DNA of 49,744 nucleotides from sequence record SRR20825006_1727; one strand, 5' to 3'. Shown piece by piece: positions 44,369 to 49,744 of this stretch (position 1 is its first letter; each line of letters starts with the position of its first letter). The notes under the pieces were generated by a model. It saw only the letters and a program-made list of their open reading frames with translations, ran no database searches and was not told where the DNA came from. The position numbers and the translations under genes were made by a program.

Positions 44369-46660
44369 ATGAAAAAACTACTTTTAGGTTTGTGTACCAC
44401 ATTGCTAGTTACTGCCACGCAAGCACAAGAAACGCTGGTAGAAGAGGTACCAAACCCTGTAGACTATGTTAACCCACTTATGGGAACCGACTCAAGCCCA
44501 GGCTTATCAAACGGAAATACCTATCCTGCCGTGGCTGTGCCTTGGGGAATGAATTTCTGGACGCCACAAACCGGACCTATGGGACATGGTTGGGCATACA
44601 CGTACAATGCAGATAAAATACGCGGGTTTAAGCAAACGCATCAGCCATCTCCTTGGATGAACGATTACGGTCAATTTTCATTGATGCCGGTAACCGGAGG
44701 ACTGAAATTTAATCAGGACGATCGCGCGAGCTGGTTTTCGCATAAAGCGGAAGAATCTACGCCCTACTACTACAAAGTGTACTTAGCAGATCACGATGTT
44801 ACTGTAGAACTTACACCTACGGAGCGTGCCGCACAATTTAAAATGACCTTTCCTAAAGCAGATAGCTCTTATGTAGTCATCGACCCCTTTGATAAAGGAT
44901 CTTATGTAAAAGTGATCCCGGAAGAAAACAAGATCATTGGTTACACCACAAAATATGCGCGTGGAAAATTGACCAATTTCAAGAACTATTTTGTCATCAA
45001 GTTTGATACACCATTTAGTGATATAAATACTTGGCAAAATGATACGCTGGCAAAAGGTCAAGCTGAAATGACAGCAGATCACGCCGGAGCGATCGTTGGT
45101 TTTAAAACGGAAAAAGAAACTGTAGTCAATGCAAAAGTTGCTTCTTCTTTCATCAGCTTTGAACAAGCCGAATTGAATTTGGAACGCGAAATTGGCAAAC
45201 AAGATTTTGAAACTACCAAACAAAACGCACGAGCACTTTGGAATGAAAAACTAGGCCGAATTGATGTAGGTGGTGGTACTATTGATCAAGTAAGAACATT
45301 TTACTCTTGCTTATACAGAACCTTATTCTTCCCAAATAAGATGTACGAGATCAATGCTAAGGATGAGATCGTACACTGGAGCCCGTATAATGGTGAAATC
45401 TTACCGGGATATATGTTTGCCGGTACCGGTTTCTGGGACACGTTTAGAGCGCTTTACCCATTCTTAAACCTGGCTTACCCATCGATCAACAAAGAGATGC
45501 AAGCGGGTCTTGCCAATGATTTTAAAGAAGGTGGCTGGTTACCAGAATGGTCTAGCCCTGGTTACGCCAATATTATGGTAGGTAACAACTCGGCTTCTGT
45601 GGTTGCAGATGCATACATTAAAGGCTTGAGAGGTTATGATACTGAAACCCTTTGGGAAGCATTAGTTAATGGTGCGAACAACGAAGGACCCATGACTGCT
45701 GTAGGTCGTGCCGGTGCGCCGTATTACAATGAACTAGGCTATGTTCCTTATGACGTTGGTGTAAATGAAAGCGCCGCAAGAACACTAGAATATGCTTATG
45801 ATGATTTTGCTATTTATCAATTCGGAAAAGCGATCGGAAAGCCTAAAAAAGAGATCGAGATCTATAAAGAGCGTAGTATGAACTACAAGAATCTTTTTGA
45901 TCCTAGCTACGGCTTGATGCGTGGTAAGAATGAAGATGGTAGCTGGCAAGAAGATTTTAACCCGTTCAAGTGGGGTAACCCCTTCACTGAAGGAAACAGC
46001 TGGCATTACAGCTGGTCTGTATTTCACGATGTACAAGGACTTATAGACTTAATTGGCGGCGAAGAAAAGTTTGTTAAGAAATTAGATTCTGTATTTTCTA
46101 TGCCTCCTATTTTTGACGAAAGCGTTTATGGTGGGGTGATTCACGAGATCCGTGAAATGCAGATCGCAGATATGGGACAGTATGCGCACGGTAATCAGCC
46201 TATTCAGCATATGATCTATTTATACAACTACGCCGGTGCTCCTTGGAAAACACAATACTGGGCGCGTGAAACGATGGACAGAATGTATATGGCCACTCCA
46301 GATGGGTATTGCGGTGACGAAGATAACGGGCAAACATCGGCTTGGTATGTATTCTCTGCAATGGGCTTCTACCCAGTTGCTCCTGCTACAGACCAGTACG
46401 TTCTTGGTGCTCCTTTATTTAAAAATATGACGATCAATTTAGAGAATGGAAAAGAGATCGTGATCAAAGCTCCAGAAAATAGCGATGAAAACCGCTATAT
46501 TGAATCGATGAAAGTCGATGGTAAAACCTACAACAAAAACTGGTTAAGCCACGAAGAATTGATGAAAGGAGCCACCATAGATTATGAAATGAGCGATACT
46601 CCTAACAAATCTCGAGGAACTAAAGAATCGGCGTACCCGTATTCACTTTCTAACGAATAA
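44369..46660 (+). CDS. GH92 alpha-mannosidase 2 (probably alpha-1,2)
   Basis: QTHQPSPW (Pro-Trp) and VIHEIREM (His-Glu) motifs; FTEGN, GDEDNG. Confidence 0.95.
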   Translation: MKKLLLGLCTTLLVTATQAQETLVEEVPNPVDYVNPLMGTDSSPGLSNGNTYPAVAVPWGMNFWTPQTGPMGHGWAYTYNADKIRGFKQTHQPSPWMNDYGQFSLMPVTGGLKFNQDDRASWFSHKAEESTPYYYKVYLADHDVTVELTPTERAAQFKMTFPKADSSYVVIDPFDKGSYVKVIPEENKIIGYTTKYARGKLTNFKNYFVIKFDTPFSDINTWQNDTLAKGQAEMTADHAGAIVGFKTEKETVVNAKVASSFISFEQAELNLEREIGKQDFETTKQNARALWNEKLGRIDVGGGTIDQVRTFYSCLYRTLFFPNKMYEINAKDEIVHWSPYNGEILPGYMFAGTGFWDTFRALYPFLNLAYPSINKEMQAGLANDFKEGGWLPEWSSPGYANIMVGNNSASVVADAYIKGLRGYDTETLWEALVNGANNEGPMTAVGRAGAPYYNELGYVPYDVGVNESAARTLEYAYDDFAIYQFGKAIGKPKKEIEIYKERSMNYKNLFDPSYGLMRGKNEDGSWQEDFNPFKWGNPFTEGNSWHYSWSVFHDVQGLIDLIGGEEKFVKKLDSVFSMPPIFDESVYGGVIHEIREMQIADMGQYAHGNQPIQHMIYLYNYAGAPWKTQYWARETMDRMYMATPDGYCGDEDNGQTSAWYVFSAMGFYPVAPATDQYVLGAPLFKNMTINLENGKEIVIKAPENSDENRYIESMKVDGKTYNKNWLSHEELMKGATIDYEMSDTPNKSRGTKESAYPYSLSNE

Positions 46661-46680
46661 ATACAGAGACCTTTAAATAC

Positions 46681-48996
46681 ATGACACGAATTACATTAAA
46701 GGGTTTATGCACCGCCGCAAGTTTACTTGCGGCTGGTGTTTTTAACACCCAAGCACAAGAAGACCTTGCCAAATATGTAGACCCGATGATCGGGACTGCA
46801 AAAATGGGACACACCTATCCCGGTGCGACAGTACCTTTTGGCAGCGTTCAATTAAGTCCGGATACTGATACGATTCCGTATGCGGTTAATGGGCGCTACA
46901 ACCCTGACGTTTATAAATACTGCGCCGGTTATCAATATGAAGATTCAACTATTGTTGGATTCAGCCACACACATTTTAGCGGTACCGGTCACTCTGATTT
47001 GGGTGATTTTCTAGTAATGCCAACGGTAGGAAAACTACAACTCAATCCGGGAACTGAAACCAATCCCGACAGCGGTTATCGCTCTCGTTTTTCTCACGAT
47101 GAAGAAACTGCTGAAGCAGGCTACTACGCAGTCAACTTAAAAGATTACGGCATCAAAGCCGAAATGACAGCCACCACACGTGTGGGTGTGCATCAGTATA
47201 CGTTTCCAAAAAGTGAGCAAGCGCATATTATTCTCGATCTAAAATCAGGAATCTACAATTATGATGAGAAAAATGTGTGGACGATCGTTCGTGTAGAGAA
47301 CGACTCTACCATTACCGGATATCGCCAAACCAGCGGTTGGGCGCGTACGCGTAAGGTGTACTTTGCGATGACCTTCAGCAAAGCCTTTAAGAGTTATGGT
47401 CAGGAAAAACAACCCGGACAAGTTTATCGCGGATTCTGGGGCCGTTTTGATCAAGAGCATAATTTCCCACAAATGGCAGGAAATGACCTGAGACTGTATT
47501 TCGATTTTGATACGGAAGAAAATGAAGCGATTCAGGTAAAAATGGCATTATCGCCTGTAAGTACCGAAGGTGCACTCAACAATATGGAAGCAGAAGTTCC
47601 GGGTTGGGATTTTAACACCGTAAAGCAACAAGCCCGTGACACTTGGAATAAAGAATTGCAAAAAGTTACAGTAGAGACTTTAGAAGAATCTGATAAAGTA
47701 AATCTGTACACCGCAATGTATCACGCCTTTTTAGGCCCAACCGTTTATATGGACGTAGACGGAAAATATATGGGACTTGATCGCAATGTGCACGAGGCCG
47801 ATGGCTTTACCAATTATACCAGCTTTTCGCTTTGGGATACGTATCGTGCGTTGCATCCCTTATTCAATGTATTGCAGCCACAACGCAATCAAGATATGGT
47901 GCAATCTATGATGGTACATCAGGAACAAAGTGTACACCATATGCTTCCTATCTGGTCGCATTATGCTAATGAAAACTGGTGTATGATCGGTTATCATTCA
48001 GCTTCAGTAATTGCAGATGCTATTGTAAAAGGCAATGCAGATTTTGATCAGAATGCTGCTTTAGACGCTTGTGTAGAGACGGCGCGCGTTCGTTATTTTG
48101 ACGGTATTGGCGACTATATTGATATGGGTTATGTTCCTGAAGATAAAAGTGGCGCTTCGGTATCAAAAACTTTAGAATATGCTTACGATGACTGGGCGAT
48201 CGCGCAAGCTGCTAAGAAATTAGGTCGTGACGAAATCTATAAAGAATTCATTGAGCGTTCTACCTATTGGAAAAATGTTTATGATAAATCTATCGGATTT
48301 ATGCGACCTAAATTGAGCGACGGAAGCTTTAAAAAGGAGTTTGATGCATTGAACACGCACGGTCAAGGATTTATTGAAGGAAATAGCTGGAACTACAGTT
48401 TATATGTTCCTCAAGATCCTGCAGGAATGATCGATCTTATGGGCGGAAAAGAGAAATTCAGCACGCATTTAGATTCGTTATTTACAATGGAATTGCCTGA
48501 TAAATATTTTGAAAATACCGAAGATATTTCACGTGAAGGAATCATTGGTAACTATGTGCATGGTAATGAACCTTCGCATCACGTGGCTTATTTATACAAC
48601 TGGACAGACGATGCTTACAAAGCACAAGACAAGATCAGAATGATCTTAAAAGAGAAATATATGACCGGTTCTGATGGGTTGAGTGGTAATGACGATTTTG
48701 GTCAAATGAGTGCATGGTATCTATTCAGCAGTTTAGGATTTTATCCTGTAGCGCCGGGATCTGTAGATTATGCACTAGGAAGCCCTGCGGTTAAAGAAGC
48801 AACGCTTAACTTAGATAACGGAAACACTTTTAAGGTTGAAGCTAAAAATCAATCTGAGAAGAATGTATACGTGCGCAAGGTAGAGCTGAACGGTGAAGAA
48901 CTTACCGAACCATTCATCACGCACGATCAGGTAATGAACGGTGGAACGCTTACTTTTTATATGAGTAGAAAACCTAATAAGAATATTTATAACTAA
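46681..48996 (+). CDS. GH92 alpha-mannosidase 3
   Basis: GHTYPGATVPFG, FSHTHFSGTG, LWDTYR, FIEGN, HGNEP, GNDDFG. Confidence 0.95.
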   Translation: MTRITLKGLCTAASLLAAGVFNTQAQEDLAKYVDPMIGTAKMGHTYPGATVPFGSVQLSPDTDTIPYAVNGRYNPDVYKYCAGYQYEDSTIVGFSHTHFSGTGHSDLGDFLVMPTVGKLQLNPGTETNPDSGYRSRFSHDEETAEAGYYAVNLKDYGIKAEMTATTRVGVHQYTFPKSEQAHIILDLKSGIYNYDEKNVWTIVRVENDSTITGYRQTSGWARTRKVYFAMTFSKAFKSYGQEKQPGQVYRGFWGRFDQEHNFPQMAGNDLRLYFDFDTEENEAIQVKMALSPVSTEGALNNMEAEVPGWDFNTVKQQARDTWNKELQKVTVETLEESDKVNLYTAMYHAFLGPTVYMDVDGKYMGLDRNVHEADGFTNYTSFSLWDTYRALHPLFNVLQPQRNQDMVQSMMVHQEQSVHHMLPIWSHYANENWCMIGYHSASVIADAIVKGNADFDQNAALDACVETARVRYFDGIGDYIDMGYVPEDKSGASVSKTLEYAYDDWAIAQAAKKLGRDEIYKEFIERSTYWKNVYDKSIGFMRPKLSDGSFKKEFDALNTHGQGFIEGNSWNYSLYVPQDPAGMIDLMGGKEKFSTHLDSLFTMELPDKYFENTEDISREGIIGNYVHGNEPSHHVAYLYNWTDDAYKAQDKIRMILKEKYMTGSDGLSGNDDFGQMSAWYLFSSLGFYPVAPGSVDYALGSPAVKEATLNLDNGNTFKVEAKNQSEKNVYVRKVELNGEELTEPFITHDQVMNGGTLTFYMSRKPNKNIYN

Positions 48997-49000
48997 GTTT

Positions 49001-49693
49001 ATGAGCAAATTTGTCCAACTTTCGGTATGTATTGTTTTTATGGTTTGGGGTAGTATTTTTAAGTCAAAGGCACAAGATTGGCCTAATTTAAAGCGCTACG
49101 CGGAAGCCAATGCACAGGTAGATTCGGTCTATGCAAAAGAAAACAGAGTGGTCTTTATGGGCAACTCCATTACCGAAGGTTGGGTCAATAGCGATCCTGA
49201 TTTCTTTACCAAGAATAACTTCATCGGTCGCGGAATTAGTGGTCAGACCACACCTCAGATGCTGTTGCGTTTTCGACAAGACGTGATCGATCTAAATCCT
49301 GTAGCGGTAGTGATCCTTGCCGGGACCAACGATATCGCCGGAAATACCGGCCCGATGACTACAGCGCAGATTTTTGACAATATGGTTTCTATGGTTGAAC
49401 TGGCAGAAGCAAATGGCATTGTTCCTATTGTTTCTTCTATTCTTCCTGCGGCTAAATATCCTTGGAAGCCTGAAGTTGATTCTGTAGGCCCTATTTTAGA
49501 ATTGAATACGATGCTGAAGTACTACTGCGAAGGAAAAGGCTTGGTATATCTGGATTATTTTTCTGAAATGGTAGATGAAGAAAATGGTCTTCCCGAAGCA
49601 CTTTCTTATGATGGTGTGCATCCTACAGATGAAGGTTATCAAGTAATGGAGCCGCTGGCATTAACTGCAATTAATGAAGCGCTTAAGGACTAA
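49001..49693 (+). CDS. SGNH/GDSL hydrolase (putative O-acetylesterase)
   Basis: VFMGNSIT, RGISGQT, GTND and DGVHP blocks; signal peptide. Confidence 0.9.
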   Translation: MSKFVQLSVCIVFMVWGSIFKSKAQDWPNLKRYAEANAQVDSVYAKENRVVFMGNSITEGWVNSDPDFFTKNNFIGRGISGQTTPQMLLRFRQDVIDLNPVAVVILAGTNDIAGNTGPMTTAQIFDNMVSMVELAEANGIVPIVSSILPAAKYPWKPEVDSVGPILELNTMLKYYCEGKGLVYLDYFSEMVDEENGLPEALSYDGVHPTDEGYQVMEPLALTAINEALKD

Positions 49694-49716
49694 ATACTGC
49701 TTATAGCATCAAACAA

Positions 49717-49744
49717 AAAGACCTGCTTTATAAAGCAGGTCTTT
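49717..49744. terminator. Terminator-like perfect palindrome at the window end
   Basis: AAAGACCTGCTTTA/TAAAGCAGGTCTTT. Confidence 0.7.

Noticed and set aside
44783-45223. 146-aa antisense ORF and other short ORFs nested in long genes
   Set aside because: Shadow ORFs of well-supported CDSs with no independent motifs.
1-49744. CRISPR arrays, tRNA/rRNA genes, transposases, prophage or defence genes
   Set aside because: No regularly spaced repeat-spacer array, RNA gene signature or mobile/defence protein motif was seen by eye.

Overview
Chromosomal segment of a Bacteroidota bacterium, probably Flavobacteriaceae (inferred from SusC/SusD pairs, TAnnTTTG promoter elements and lipoprotein signals). 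The left ~18 kb is a patchwork: a DUF1080 lipoprotein, an AraC-linked hxlB-hxlA formaldehyde-fixation cassette, an OprO/P-type porin, DUF808, a two-component system with two PepSY-like secreted proteins and an SdiA-regulated-domain gene, an SDR, a 1197-aa metallophosphoesterase/kinase-like/Omp85 fusion, a DEDDh + GIY-YIG nuclease and an SBF-like transporter. The right ~31 kb is a LacI-associated polysaccharide utilization locus (PUL): two SusC/D pairs, a BSP zincin, a degenerate-zincin + 2x F5/8 lipoprotein, a GtaA/DUF4965-like protein, DUF3823, three GH92, a Tat-exported Gfo/Idh/MocA, GH43, GH127/146 and an SGNH esterase. Several regulatory circuits can be read from the DNA: a TAAAACGTTTT operator before four PUL units, one 35-bp promoter motif shared by four genes of the two-component island, 21-bp-period repeats at the hxl/araC promoters, and two tandem GGA-N5-TCC SOS-type boxes before the nuclease. 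REP-like palindromes, apparently nested, occur in intergenic regions. No rRNA, tRNA, CRISPR array or transposase was seen. Family assignments come from motif recognition by eye, not database searches.
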